Of a DNA stretch of 64,000 bases, positions 51,994 to 62,607 are shown piece by piece (the stretch's first letter is position 1; each line of letters begins with the position of its first letter). Location: NCBI GenBank assembly GCA_965224245.1, contig OZ245046.1:5856001-5920000 (forward strand), read 5' to 3'. Both the position numbers and the translations under genes were made by a program. The notes below the pieces were generated by a model. That model saw nothing but the letters and a program-made list of their open reading frames with translations, had not been told where the DNA came from and searched no databases. Source of the DNA: Candidatus Eiseniibacteriota bacterium. GTDB taxonomy: Bacteria; Eisenbacteria; RBG-16-71-46; CAZAMP01.

Positions 51994-52248
51994 CTAGCCG
52001 CCCTGAACCGGGGGGATCAGCGCGACCTCGTCGCCCGTCGCGAGCGCGGTCGCGCCGTCGGTGAACGCCTGGTTGACGGCGATTCGCAGGGGCAGACCGT
52101 CCAGCGCGCCGCCGGCCCGCTCCCGCACGGCCGCCTCCGCGTCGCGCGCGAACGCGGGTGCGGGCAGCTCGATCGTCAGCTGATCGCAGTCGAGCGCGTG
52201 ACGCACGTGCGAGAAGCACTTGACGGTGATCGAGATTCGATCGGCCAC
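51994..52248 (-). CDS. moaD: Molybdopterin synthase sulfur carrier subunit
   Basis: AVNQ, GDEVALIPPVQGG C-terminal diglycine. Confidence 0.92.
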   Translation of the reverse strand: MADRISITVKCFSHVRHALDCDQLTIELPAPAFARDAEAAVRERAGGALDGLPLRIAVNQAFTDGATALATGDEVALIPPVQGG

Positions 52249-52249
52249 C

Positions 52250-53293
52250 TCATCCTCCGATCTGCGTCATGCTGATGCGTGACGTGTCGATCGTCGAGGT
52301 CGTGGGCTCCCCGGCGCCGTCCTTCTGGGCCGCCCAGCCGTCGACGGCTTTCTCCCAGATCGCGGTGCGGAAGACGGCGGCCACGGCGCGGTCATCGGCT
52401 CCGGCCCGCATCAGATCACGCACGTCGTACTCGGTGGTGGAGTAGAGACAGTTGCGGATCTTGCCGTCGGCGGTCAGCCGGATGCGGTTGCAGTCGCCGC
52501 AGAGGGTGCGGGTGTAGGCGTCGATCACGGCGATCGTCCCCGCGTGTCCGGGGATCCGGAACACGTGCGTCTCGGTGCGGCTGCCCCCGACGGGCTCGAG
52601 CCCGGGGAAGGCCTCTCGCAATGCCTCGACGATCCAGCGCGCACTGAAGAAGCGGCCGGTCTTCCAGATCTGGTGGGCGTCGAAGGGCATCAGCTCGATG
52701 AACCGCACGGTGACCGGCAGATCCCGCGTGAGCGCGCCGAACGCCCCGATCTCGTCGTGGTTGAAGTCGCGCAGGGCGACCGCGTTCACCTTCACCGACC
52801 GGAACCCGAGACGCACCGCCTCGTGAACCGCCTCCAGGACGGACTCCAGTCCCGGACGCCGCGTGATGCGCTGGAACTTCTCGGCGTCGAGCGTGTCGAG
52901 GCTCACGTTGAGCCCCGTGAGCCCCGCGTCGCGGAGCGCCTCCGCGTGTCGGGCGAAGAGAAGCCCGTTCGTCGTGATGTGGACCGCGTCGATGCCCGGC
53001 GTGCCGGATGCCGCGCGTACCAGCTCGACGACGTCCTTGCGCAGGAGCGGCTCGCCGCCGGTGTAGCGAATCTTCGAGACGCCGAGCTCCGCCACGATGC
53101 CGAGCACCCGGCGAAGCTCGTCCGCGGACAGGAGCGCCTCGTTCGGCGGGAACGCGACGCCCTCCTCGGGCATGCAGTAGACGCAGCGCAGGTTGCAACG
53201 CTCGGTGACGGCGATGCGCAGGTAGTCGAACGTGCGGCCGTGCGTGTCCACGAGGGGACCGGTGGTGGGCATGGGCGTCGTGTTGGTCGTCAT
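52250..53293 (-). CDS. moaA: GTP 3',8-cyclase (alternative GTG start at 53317)
   Basis: YLRIAVTERCNLRCVYC, GGEPL, RFIELMP, CGDCNRIRLTADG, terminal IGG. Confidence 0.96.
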   Translation of the reverse strand: MTTNTTPMPTTGPLVDTHGRTFDYLRIAVTERCNLRCVYCMPEEGVAFPPNEALLSADELRRVLGIVAELGVSKIRYTGGEPLLRKDVVELVRAASGTPGIDAVHITTNGLLFARHAEALRDAGLTGLNVSLDTLDAEKFQRITRRPGLESVLEAVHEAVRLGFRSVKVNAVALRDFNHDEIGAFGALTRDLPVTVRFIELMPFDAHQIWKTGRFFSARWIVEALREAFPGLEPVGGSRTETHVFRIPGHAGTIAVIDAYTRTLCGDCNRIRLTADGKIRNCLYSTTEYDVRDLMRAGADDRAVAAVFRTAIWEKAVDGWAAQKDGAGEPTTSTIDTSRISMTQIGG

Positions 53294-53313
53294 CCGGTGA
53301 ACGGTAGCGATCC

Positions 53314-54423
53314 TCACCGCGCGGCGTCAATCCCGCCCACGACGGCGCTCGCGCCGTGTGCACGGCGAATGGCGTCGATCACGGCCAGGTTGGCCTTCGG
53401 GAACGGCAACGCCGAGAGGTCCGGGAGGCGGACCCATCGGAGCGCATCGGTGGACCGCGCCACCGGGCGACCCCGATCCGATCGACACGGGAAGGCGGTC
53501 AGCGTGATCCGGAAGTGCGAGTAGGTGTGCTCGACGACCGCGTACGGGGTCTCGTCCAGGACGACCTCGAGCCCGGTCTCCTCCAGGATCTCCCGCCGGG
53601 CCGTCTCCGCCAGGGACTCGCCCGGCCGGCGCTTGCCGCCGGGAAACTCCCAGAGCCCCCCGAGCATCTGATCGGCGCGCCGCCGGCCGACCAGGATCCG
53701 CCCCCGTCGCCAGATCACGCCAACCGCGATCTCGTGATGCGGGATCGGCTTCGCCCGCGACTTGACCGGAAGCTCGCCCGTCCGGTTCTCCCGCCGGGCC
53801 ACGCAGGGGGCCGCGATCGGGCAGCGCGGGCAATCGGGTGACGTCGGGCGACACACGAGCGCGCCGAGCTCCATGATCGACTGGTTGAACGCCGAGGGCG
53901 GCGCGCCGGCCACGTAGGGGCCGAGCCGGTCGAAGAGTGCGTCGCGCACGCGCGGCCGGCGAATGTCGTCCTCGATGCCCCAGAAGCGGGTGAACACCCG
54001 GAGGACGTTGCCGTCGACCACCGGCACCGCCTCGCCGAACGCGATGCTGGCGATCGCCGCGGCGGTGTAAGGCCCCAGACCGGGCAGCTTCCGGAGCTCC
54101 TCGAACGACCCGGGGATCCTCCCGTCCATCTCGCTGGCCACGATGCCCGCCGCGCGATGGAGGTTCCGGGCGCGCGCGTAGTAGCCGAGCCCCTGCCAGG
54201 CGCGGAGGACGTCCTGAAGATCGGCGCGGGCGAGCGAGCGGATGTCCGGGAAGCGGGCCACGAAGCGCTCGAAGTACGGAATGACGGTGTCCACCTGCGT
54301 CTGCTGGAGCATGATCTCCGAGATCCAGACCCGGTACGGCGTGGGATCGGCGCGCCAGGGCATCGGACGCCGGTTCGCGTCGTACCACTCGAGAAGGCGT
54401 TCGGGCCAGGCGGCTCGGGGCAT
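53314..54423 (-). CDS. mutY: A/G-specific adenine glycosylase with intact C-terminal Nudix box
   Basis: SEIMLQQTQV, WQGLGYYARARN, LPGLGPYTA, VDGNV, 4Fe-4S motif C-x6-C-x2-C-x5-C, WEFPGG. Confidence 0.95.
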   Translation of the reverse strand: MPRAAWPERLLEWYDANRRPMPWRADPTPYRVWISEIMLQQTQVDTVIPYFERFVARFPDIRSLARADLQDVLRAWQGLGYYARARNLHRAAGIVASEMDGRIPGSFEELRKLPGLGPYTAAAIASIAFGEAVPVVDGNVLRVFTRFWGIEDDIRRPRVRDALFDRLGPYVAGAPPSAFNQSIMELGALVCRPTSPDCPRCPIAAPCVARRENRTGELPVKSRAKPIPHHEIAVGVIWRRGRILVGRRRADQMLGGLWEFPGGKRRPGESLAETARREILEETGLEVVLDETPYAVVEHTYSHFRITLTAFPCRSDRGRPVARSTDALRWVRLPDLSALPFPKANLAVIDAIRRAHGASAVVGGIDAAR

Positions 54424-54586
54424 TGGGGTCTCGTGCGAGCGACGCCGGCGAGGGCGCGAAACGATGCCGTGCGTGCGATGACCCCGGCGGTTGGAAGGCC
54501 GTCGCCATGAGGATACAATCCCGCACGCGGAAACCGAGGCGGCGAGCATAGCGTACCCGACGCTCGCGCGAGGACTGGAGATCACG

Positions 54587-55582
54587 ATGCCGGTGAGCTT
54601 TCGCACCTTCATGAGCGGTCTGATCGACTACGCGGGGCTGTTCCCCCCGGCCAGGCTGCCGCTGGACGATGCCATCCGCGCCTACGCCGCGTATCGCCGG
54701 ATCCCGGACGCGTGGATGCTGTCCCGGTTCATCTGTCCGTCCACGCGGCTCGAGGAGCTCGGCGCATACGACGATCTCTTCGCCGCCGGCGAGCCGTTCC
54801 GCTTCTCGGTCCTCGGGCGGGGCGGGTCGTCCCGGGGCGAGTTCCTCGAGGGCCTCGCGGCCGACCTCGCGGCCATCGCCGCGTTCGAGCGCCGCCACGC
54901 CGGACGGGTCGTCGCCGACGTGTTCGAGGTCCGGCTGCCCGCCGACGTGGTCGCCTCCGGGTGCGAGGATACCGCGGCCGGTCTCGTCGCCGCGGCGCTG
55001 GACGCGATCGACCCCGCGTCGTCCGGTCGCATCACGCCGTGGTTCGAGGGCGGTTTTCCCGACGGGTGGGAACACGCGTTGCCCAGCGTGTGGGCGGGCA
55101 TGCGTCACGCGAACACCGCGCGTCAGGGTGACGCGGCGCGCCGCCCCGGCGGCGTGTCTCTCGCCGGGTACAAGCTCCGCTGTGGTGGAGTGGAGGCGTC
55201 GGCGTTTCCGCCGGTCCGGGCGGTGGCGTCCGTGATCGCCGGCTGCCGGGACGCGGGGCTCGGGCTCAAGTTCACCGCCGGCCTTCATCATCCGGTCCGG
55301 CGTTTCGCCGAGTCCGTGGACACGAAGATGCACGGCTTCCTGAACGTGTTCGGCGCCGCGATCCTTGCCCACGCCGACGGTCTGGACGTGCCGGCCCTGA
55401 TGGAGATCCTCGCGGACGAGGACCCCGTGAGCTTCGCGTTCGACGATGCCGGGCTCTCGTGGCGCGCTCACCGCGTCTCCACCGAGTTCATCGCCGACGC
55501 ACGCCGCCGCTGGGCGACGTCGTACGGAAGTTGTAGCTTCGACGAGCCGCGAGAGGATCTCGCCGCGCTCGGCCTTCTCTAG
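54587..55582 (+). CDS. Conserved hypothetical protein upstream of fahA
   Basis: [48 protein letters not shown]. Confidence 0.75.
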   Translation: MPVSFRTFMSGLIDYAGLFPPARLPLDDAIRAYAAYRRIPDAWMLSRFICPSTRLEELGAYDDLFAAGEPFRFSVLGRGGSSRGEFLEGLAADLAAIAAFERRHAGRVVADVFEVRLPADVVASGCEDTAAGLVAAALDAIDPASSGRITPWFEGGFPDGWEHALPSVWAGMRHANTARQGDAARRPGGVSLAGYKLRCGGVEASAFPPVRAVASVIAGCRDAGLGLKFTAGLHHPVRRFAESVDTKMHGFLNVFGAAILAHADGLDVPALMEILADEDPVSFAFDDAGLSWRAHRVSTEFIADARRRWATSYGSCSFDEPREDLAALGLL

Positions 55583-55596
55583 GAGTCGACGACACC

Positions 55597-56871
55597 ATGG
55601 ACCCGACCTGCGATCCCGCGCTCCGCTCGTTCGTGCCCGTATCGGCCGACAGCCACTTTCCCATCCAGAACCTGCCCTACGGCATCTTTCGCCCCGCCAA
55701 GGGCGGCCCCCCCCGCGCCGGCGTCGCGATCGGCGATCACGTCGTGGACCTGTCCGTGCTGGAGGAGGCCGGGCTGATCGTGCTGACCGGCTACGGCGGT
55801 CGCGTGTTCGATCGCCCGAGCCTGAACACGTTCATGTCGCGAGGTCGCCCGGCCTGGCGGGAGGTTCGCGAGAGCGTGAGCCGGCTCCTGCGCGAGGACG
55901 TGGCCACGCTGCGCGACGACGCGGCTCTCCGCGAGCGCGCCGTGATCCCGATGTCGGACGTGACCATGGAGCTGCCGGTCGCGATCGGGGACTACACCGA
56001 CTTCTACTCGTCGCGCGAGCACGCGACCAACGTGGGCACGATGTTCCGGGGTGCCGACAACGCGCTGATGCCGAACTGGCTCCACCTGCCGGTCGCGTAC
56101 CACGGGCGCGCGAGCTCGATCGTGGTCAGCGGCGTCGGCGTGTGCCGTCCGTCGGGTCAGACGAAGGCCGACGACGCCGACGCGCCGGGCTTCGGGCCGA
56201 GCCGGCTCCTGGACTTCGAGCTCGAGATGGGCTTCTTCATCGGTCCCGGATCCGAGCTGGGGCGCCCGATTCCGGTGAGCGAGGCCGAGAGCCACATCTT
56301 CGGTCTCTCGCTCGTGAACGACTGGAGCGCCCGCGACATTCAGAAGTGGGAGTACGTGCCCCTGGGCCCGTTCCTGGCCAAGAACTTCGCGACGTCGATC
56401 TCTCCCTGGATCGTAACCATGGACGCGCTGGAGCCGTTCCGGTGCCCCGGTCCGGTTCAGGATCCGGTTCCGTTGCCGTATCTCCGGCACGACGTCCCGT
56501 CGACGTTCGACATCGAGCTCGAGGTGGCGATCGAGCCCGAGGGCGGAGAGCCCCACCGCGTCTGCAGGTCGAACTTCAAGCACCTGTACTGGAGCATGGC
56601 CCAGCAGCTGGCGCATCACACCATCACCGGGTGCAACACGCGCACCGGCGATCTCCTGGCGTCCGGTACGATCTCCGGCCCCACGCCCGACAGCTACGGC
56701 AGCATGCTGGAGATCGCCTGGCGCGGCACGAAGCCGGTGAGCATGCCCGACGGGACGGAGCGGAAGTTCATCCTCGACGGCGACTCGGTCGTCATGACCG
56801 GATCCTGCCGGGGCGACGGCTATCGCGTCGGCTTCGGCGAGGTTCGTTCCAAGGTACTGCCGGCGCGCTGA
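55597..56871 (+). CDS. fahA: Fumarylacetoacetase
   Basis: [68 protein letters not shown]. Confidence 0.97.
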   Translation: MDPTCDPALRSFVPVSADSHFPIQNLPYGIFRPAKGGPPRAGVAIGDHVVDLSVLEEAGLIVLTGYGGRVFDRPSLNTFMSRGRPAWREVRESVSRLLREDVATLRDDAALRERAVIPMSDVTMELPVAIGDYTDFYSSREHATNVGTMFRGADNALMPNWLHLPVAYHGRASSIVVSGVGVCRPSGQTKADDADAPGFGPSRLLDFELEMGFFIGPGSELGRPIPVSEAESHIFGLSLVNDWSARDIQKWEYVPLGPFLAKNFATSISPWIVTMDALEPFRCPGPVQDPVPLPYLRHDVPSTFDIELEVAIEPEGGEPHRVCRSNFKHLYWSMAQQLAHHTITGCNTRTGDLLASGTISGPTPDSYGSMLEIAWRGTKPVSMPDGTERKFILDGDSVVMTGSCRGDGYRVGFGEVRSKVLPAR

Positions 56872-56943
56872 GGTGTACCGGCGGATCGCCGACCCGGCCG
56901 CTGTCCGGTGCGAGCGTCGCCACGCGAGACCACGAGGCAATCG

Positions 56944-57774
56944 ATGTCCGAACGACCCGTTGGATGGTGGGGGGACTTCACGCTACCCGCCGACCGAGCG
57001 CTCTTCTGGCGGATCGGTCCCTTGCACGTGTGGATCGTGCGCGCGGGCAACGAGTGGCGCGTGACGACCGAGACGAACGGCGACGTCCTGGCCACCGATC
57101 TCGTGGTCGCCGACGCCGCGAGCCGCGAGCCCGGCGACGCGGCCTCGTGCACGCGGCTCGGCTTCGGGCGCTCACGTGACCGCATTCATCTCCGGCCGCG
57201 CACGGCCGACCGGCCGGTCGTGGTGCGAGCCGACATGCCGCTCGTGGTACCGCCCCGGGAGGACCTCTCGCTCTACATCAGCACGCCTGTGTGGCTCGAG
57301 CTGAGCGAGAGCGAGTCGTCGCCGGTGCTCCACGCGCTGCCCACGTATCGATTGAGCGACACGTGGTTCGGCTCGTCCACGCGCGTGGGACAGCTCTGCT
57401 ACTCGTCGAAGGTGCGTCTGGAGCTGGAGCCCACCGGCGAGCTCCACCGGCCTCATCGTGCGGTGTCGATGGTCCGCATTCGCAATCGTCTGCCGAGCGC
57501 GCTCTCGCTGGAACGGCTGAAGCTGCCGGTACCGCTCCTGTCGGTCTACGCCGACGGCGACGGGCGACTGTGGACCGAGTCGCTGACCCTGGATCGCGAC
57601 GAGGACAGCCCGCATGCCGCGGTGCGTGTGGCCAGCGGGGCGCCCGGCGTCGCGTCGGACGCGGTGGCCATCGCGGCGCCGCGCGAGCGCTTCGAACGGA
57701 ACATCCTGTCCCGCACGTTCGGCGAGATCTTCGGCCTGAAGGGGGGGCGGCTCGATGCCCGACTGGATGACTGA
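56944..57774 (+). CDS. Hypothetical protein (DUF432-like)
   Basis: PRTADRPVV, LSDTWFG, GQLCY; overlaps the start of the mscS-family gene. Confidence 0.65.
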   Translation: MSERPVGWWGDFTLPADRALFWRIGPLHVWIVRAGNEWRVTTETNGDVLATDLVVADAASREPGDAASCTRLGFGRSRDRIHLRPRTADRPVVVRADMPLVVPPREDLSLYISTPVWLELSESESSPVLHALPTYRLSDTWFGSSTRVGQLCYSSKVRLELEPTGELHRPHRAVSMVRIRNRLPSALSLERLKLPVPLLSVYADGDGRLWTESLTLDRDEDSPHAAVRVASGAPGVASDAVAIAAPRERFERNILSRTFGEIFGLKGGRLDARLDD

Positions 57775-58627
57775 CCTCGACGTCGAGCGGCTCGTGACCG
57801 CCGAGCGGATGATGTCCGTGTTGCGAGCGGTGATCATCCTGGCGGTGGGGCTGACCCTGGCCCGGCTGGTCAGTCGCGGGGTCGGACGAACCGTCCACGT
57901 CCGGTCCACGCCCCAGCAGTCGATGCTCGCGCGGCGGTTCACGTACTACACGCTGTTCGGGCTCGTCGTGGCGGCCACGCTCCAGCAGCTGGGGTTCCAC
58001 CTGGGGGTCGTGCTCGGAGCCGCCGGCGTCCTGTCGGTGGCCCTGGGGTTCGCGTCGCAGACGTCGGCGTCGAACCTGATCAGCGGCCTGTTCCTGATCG
58101 CGGAGCGTCCGTTCGTGGTGGGCGACGTCATCGTCGTGGACGGCACCACCGGCGAGGTGCTGTCGGTGGATCTCCTGTCGGTGAAGATCCGCACGTTCGA
58201 CAATCTGCTCGTGCGGATCCCGAACGAGACCATCATCAAGTCCCAGCTCCGCAACCTGACCCACTTCCCGATCCGGCGCGTCGACGTCGACCTGGGCGTG
58301 GCGTACAAGGAGGATCTCTCTCGCGTGCGGGAGATCCTGCTCTCGGTGGCCGAGGAGAATCCACACGTCCTCGACGATCCCGCACCGATCCTGATGGTGC
58401 GCAACTTCGGCGATTCGGCGATCGAGCTCCGGCTCGCGGTGTGGGGCGCGCGGGAGTCCTACCTGACGGTGTCCACCGGCATGCGCGAGCGCATCAAGGC
58501 CGCGTTCGACGCCGAGGGGATCGAGATCCCGTTCCCGCACCGGACGCTGTACGCGGGGTCGGCAACGGGGCCGATGCCGGTTCGCGTCGACGGGTCGAGC
58601 GCGGGCGACGCCGCCGGGGCGCCGTGA
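57755..58627 (+). CDS. mscS: Small-conductance mechanosensitive channel family protein
   Basis: ALGFASQ, NLISG, PFVVGD, IPNE, GIEIPFPHR. Confidence 0.92.
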   Translation: MPDWMTDLDVERLVTAERMMSVLRAVIILAVGLTLARLVSRGVGRTVHVRSTPQQSMLARRFTYYTLFGLVVAATLQQLGFHLGVVLGAAGVLSVALGFASQTSASNLISGLFLIAERPFVVGDVIVVDGTTGEVLSVDLLSVKIRTFDNLLVRIPNETIIKSQLRNLTHFPIRRVDVDLGVAYKEDLSRVREILLSVAEENPHVLDDPAPILMVRNFGDSAIELRLAVWGARESYLTVSTGMRERIKAAFDAEGIEIPFPHRTLYAGSATGPMPVRVDGSSAGDAAGAP

Positions 58628-58645
58628 TCCCGCCGGCCGTCGCGG

Positions 58646-59731
58646 TCACAGCCACTTGCGCCGGCGAAAGTACACCAGGAGCCCGAGCGCGATCACGAGC
58701 ATCAGCCCCAGCGCGTAGGGATACCCGAACGTCCAGCTCAGCTCCGGCAGGTTCCACCGCGACGTCTCGGTGTTGAAGTTCATGCCGTAGAGCCCCGCCA
58801 CGAACGAGAGCGGGATGAAGATCGTGGCGATGATCGTCAGCACCTTCATGACCTCGTTCATGCGGTTGCTGATCGTGGACAGGTAGAAGTCCATCAATCC
58901 CCCGGCGGTGTCGCGCGAGGTCTCGGTGAGCTCCAGCAGCTGGATGGCGTGGTCGTAGCAGTCGCGGAGGAAGTCCCGGGTCTGGGCCTCGATGAACGTC
59001 GCGTCCTCGCGCGTGAGCAGCATCGTGATCTCCCGGATCGGCCAGACGTATCGACGCAGGACGCCGAGCTCGCGCTTGGTCTGATGGAGACGCGCGATCG
59101 TGTTCGTGCTGGTCTCGGCGATGATCTCGTCCTCGAGATCCTGCAGCAGATCGCCGTAGTGCTCGAGAACCGGGAAGTACGAGTCGATGATCGCATCCAG
59201 GATCGCGTAGGCGAGGTAGTCGGCCCCTCGGTTGCGCAGGCGCCCGTTCGGGTCCTCGAGCCGGCGTCGTACGGGCTCCAGACAGTCGCCAGGGAGCTCC
59301 TGGAACGTGATCACGAAGTCCTCGCCCAGAAGCAGGCTGAACTGCTCGGTGGACAGCGGAGACGCCCCTCTCGGCATGCGCAGCACGACGAACACGTAGT
59401 CTTCCATCGTGTCCGCCTTGGCGCGCTGGGTCGTGTTCAGGACGTCCTCGAGCGAGAGCCGGTGGATGCCGTAGGTGTCGCCGATGGCCTCGATGACGGC
59501 CGCGTCGCCGAGCCCGGTGACGTCGATCCAGGTCACGGTGGCATCGGCGAGCCGCGACTTCAGCGACGACGTCTCCACGCCGGTCTCGGTGTGAAGGTCG
59601 CGAGGATCGTACGAGATGCGGGTCACGACCGGCGGGGGCGCGTTCGGGTCGACCTGTAGCGTGCCGGGGCGGCTGCCGGGTGCCAGGCGCTGCCTGGCCA
59701 GGTTCCGGCGGCGATGCGGGCCGTGGCTCAT
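58646..59731 (-). CDS. corA: Magnesium/cobalt transporter CorA
   Basis: WIDVTGL, LEDVLN, MNEVMKVLT, YGMNF signature. Confidence 0.95.
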   Translation of the reverse strand: MSHGPHRRRNLARQRLAPGSRPGTLQVDPNAPPPVVTRISYDPRDLHTETGVETSSLKSRLADATVTWIDVTGLGDAAVIEAIGDTYGIHRLSLEDVLNTTQRAKADTMEDYVFVVLRMPRGASPLSTEQFSLLLGEDFVITFQELPGDCLEPVRRRLEDPNGRLRNRGADYLAYAILDAIIDSYFPVLEHYGDLLQDLEDEIIAETSTNTIARLHQTKRELGVLRRYVWPIREITMLLTREDATFIEAQTRDFLRDCYDHAIQLLELTETSRDTAGGLMDFYLSTISNRMNEVMKVLTIIATIFIPLSFVAGLYGMNFNTETSRWNLPELSWTFGYPYALGLMLVIALGLLVYFRRRKWL

Positions 59732-59903
59732 GGCGGGACTCCTCCGGATCGGACTCGAGCGTGTCGTGTGTCCTGTTCGCGCGCGGCGCATGATGCCGAC
59801 CCGGGCCGAGCCCGGCAAGAGCGAGAGCGCGATCACCACGATCGTGCCCGGGTACGTGAGCTCGCCCCGAGCGCGGGCATCATCGGGCGAGATGAATCGA
59901 CCG

Positions 59904-60803
59904 TCAGCGCGTCATCGGCGCCGTGCCGTCGTCCCCGAACTCCCAGGTCATCGGCCCGAAGGGCGTGCCGACGGTGAGGCCCAGGTCGAGCGCGTACGGC
60001 GCCTGATGTCCCCGGAGCACGTCGAACACCGACGCCCCGAGAGACACCGGTGAGATGTCCAGCGGAAGCTCGAGCGAGGCGGTGCTGCCCGGCGCGAACG
60101 CGGCCGTTCGTGACGTGGATCCGTCCGCGACCCGGTTGTGCCCGAGCGACAGGCCATACCGGAGCGCCGACAGGTCGAACGGGAACGCGTTCGTGTTCGT
60201 GACGTCGAGCGACACGACGCCACGGGCCCGGGTCAGCGAGAGCTCGTCCCAGCGAATGCCCGAGATCCCCACGTCGGGTGCATCGGGGACCGGGACCTCG
60301 CCCCGTCTGGAGAGCGGCAGCCGGAGCGCCTGCCCGCCGGGAATCGAGAGGCTGAGCGTGAGCGACGCGTCGTAGGGAACGACCTGTCCCGGCCGAACCG
60401 ACGCCAGCGTTCGCACGAGCTCGACGTAGTCGAGCGACACCGGGAGCGTCACCGTCTCGGTGGCCCCCGCGCCGATGGACCGATCGAAGGCCGTGACCCC
60501 CTCGACGAACGGGCTCCCACTGGAGGCCAGTGAGAACGCCACGTCGACCAGCGGCACCGGGACGCTCATCGGGTTCGTGATCGCCACGTCGAAGGCCAGG
60601 TCGGCCGACGAGAGCGTGACGTTCGTGAGCCGGACGCCGGTCACGTCGGCCGAGGGCCGCGCCAGGGCCTGAGACGCGATCTCGCGCACGGCGGCGCATC
60701 CGACGAGCACGCCGACCCCGATGGCCGAGACGATTCCGAGGGTCCCGACGGCCGCCGGCGTTGGGCGACCCCGCCGGATCCATCCCGCGAGGGTTCGAAT
60801 CAT
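59904..60803 (-). CDS. LEA type 2 / WHy double-domain lipoprotein
   Basis: Lipobox LVG-C; two repeats with ITNPM and VTNTN motifs. Confidence 0.8.
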   Translation of the reverse strand: MIRTLAGWIRRGRPTPAAVGTLGIVSAIGVGVLVGCAAVREIASQALARPSADVTGVRLTNVTLSSADLAFDVAITNPMSVPVPLVDVAFSLASSGSPFVEGVTAFDRSIGAGATETVTLPVSLDYVELVRTLASVRPGQVVPYDASLTLSLSIPGGQALRLPLSRRGEVPVPDAPDVGISGIRWDELSLTRARGVVSLDVTNTNAFPFDLSALRYGLSLGHNRVADGSTSRTAAFAPGSTASLELPLDISPVSLGASVFDVLRGHQAPYALDLGLTVGTPFGPMTWEFGDDGTAPMTR

Positions 60804-60980
60804 CGCAAACTCCCCGAGCGTGAGTGGCGGTCGAGCGGTGGGCGAGTCGCTTCCGGACGCCCGCTCTCCCGGACGTCCCGGATCGTACACATCGCGCGGA
60901 CCGAGCGCACTTCGCATCCGGCGGGGTCGACCCGACGCCCGCGAGTCGGTGAGGGATCGGTGGGGGGCTCCCGTCGCGAC

Positions 60981-62339
60981 TCACCTCGTCAACGTGGGCA
61001 GCATCAGCGTCGCGAAGCTCAGCACCAGGAGAAAGCCGCACATGTCGGTGACCGTGGTCAGGATCGGACCCGACGCGAGCGCGGGGTCCATCCGCAGACG
61101 CTTCAGGAGAAGAGGGACCGTGCCGCCGATGGACACGGCCACGATCGTGTTCAGCATCAGCGCGCCGCCCACGACGAGACCCAGCGCCGGCATGCCCTTC
61201 CAGAGCCAGGCCACCGCGCCGATCAGAACGCCCAGCACCAGCCCGTTCAGCATGCCGACGCTGACCTCTTTCGTCCACACGCGCGCGACGTCGCGCGGTG
61301 TCGCGAGCCCCAGCGAGAGCTCACGCATGCTGACGGCGACGGCCTGGTTGCCCGAGCAGCCGCTCATGTCCGAGATGATGGGAAGGAACACCGCCAGCGA
61401 GATCACCGACGCGATCGTGTCCTGATAGAACGCGATCACGCTCGCCGCCAGCACGTTCAGCCCGATGTTCACCGAGAGCCACGAGAGGCGGCGCGTGGAG
61501 CGTCGCCACACGGGCATCGAGCGGAGCTCCTCGCCGCCCACGATGCCCTGCGTCTTCCGGAACTCGTCCTCGATGCGCTCGCCGACCGCCTCCTCCACGT
61601 CGTGGCGCCGGACCACGCCGACCAGGCGCCCCGCGACGTCGACCACCGGCACACCGAGGAAGGTGTGATGGGCGAAGAAGTCGTCCAGGTCGTCGAGCGG
61701 CGCGCGGACGTCGACCGAGTGGGGATCGCGGACCATGATGTCGCGCGCGATCCGCTTCGGGGACGAGAGCAGGAGATCCCGGAGCCGGAGAACGCCCACG
61801 AGCCGTCCCTCGCCCGACGTCACGTAGATGTACTGCACGTCGAACGTGACGACCGATCGGTCCCGGAGCACGTCGATGATCTCCGCGAGCGTGGCGGATT
61901 CGTCGACGGCGGCGTACTCGGTGACCATGAGACCGCCGGCCACGTTCGGCTCGTAGCTTGCGAGCTCGCGGATCGCGACCGCGGAGTCCGCGGGCATCGC
62001 GCCGAGGATGGCCTCTCGGTCCTCGTGAACCAGCTCGTTCAGGAGGTCGGCCCGCTCGTCACTGGGGAGCTCGGTGACGATGGCCGCGGCGTGCGCGGGC
62101 TCCAGCTCGGCGATCAGCGAGGCCGCCTGCACGTCGGAGATCTCGTCGATCAGGAGCGCGGCCCGCTCGGGATCGAGCGTCGTCAGCACGCGGGACTGGG
62201 TGTCCGCGTCCAGTCGGTCCAGCGCGCGGGCCGCCTCACCGGGGTCCAGCTCCTCGATCAGCGAGCCGAGCGCCTCGGCGTTCCCGTCGTCTACCAGCCG
62301 CTCCAGCGCGTCGGTACTCACGTCGAATGGATCGGGCAT
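60981..62339 (-). CDS. mgtE: Magnesium transporter MgtE
   Basis: AGGLM, CBS pair, RLSWL, SGNQ, DPALASGPILTTVTD. Confidence 0.95.
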   Translation of the reverse strand: MPDPFDVSTDALERLVDDGNAEALGSLIEELDPGEAARALDRLDADTQSRVLTTLDPERAALLIDEISDVQAASLIAELEPAHAAAIVTELPSDERADLLNELVHEDREAILGAMPADSAVAIRELASYEPNVAGGLMVTEYAAVDESATLAEIIDVLRDRSVVTFDVQYIYVTSGEGRLVGVLRLRDLLLSSPKRIARDIMVRDPHSVDVRAPLDDLDDFFAHHTFLGVPVVDVAGRLVGVVRRHDVEEAVGERIEDEFRKTQGIVGGEELRSMPVWRRSTRRLSWLSVNIGLNVLAASVIAFYQDTIASVISLAVFLPIISDMSGCSGNQAVAVSMRELSLGLATPRDVARVWTKEVSVGMLNGLVLGVLIGAVAWLWKGMPALGLVVGGALMLNTIVAVSIGGTVPLLLKRLRMDPALASGPILTTVTDMCGFLLVLSFATLMLPTLTR

Positions 62340-62607
62340 TTCGGAATCCGATCGGCGTCGCGCGCACGCGCGCGCGGTGGGGCCAGAGACTCGCGCTCGA
62401 CGTGCCCGGCGGCCTCGGCCGACCGGACGGCGCGGGGGAGAACGGTCGGCAGGGACGATAGCGTGTTCTCGAACCGCGGGCAGGCGGAAAAGGGAGAAGC
62501 GCCCGCCCCCCCGGCCGAATGGCGGCGCGCTCCTCGCGGCGGTGCTTGAGGCGTACCGAGATCACTGCTAACCTTGCTTCAGTCAACCAACTACACGGAG
62601 GGGCGGC

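Noticed and set aside
40084-62593. Two further near-matches to the 25-bp dyad (40084-40108 TAG...TTA; 62569-62593 TAA...CTA)
   Set aside because: One mismatch each in a very short consensus; not counted without statistics
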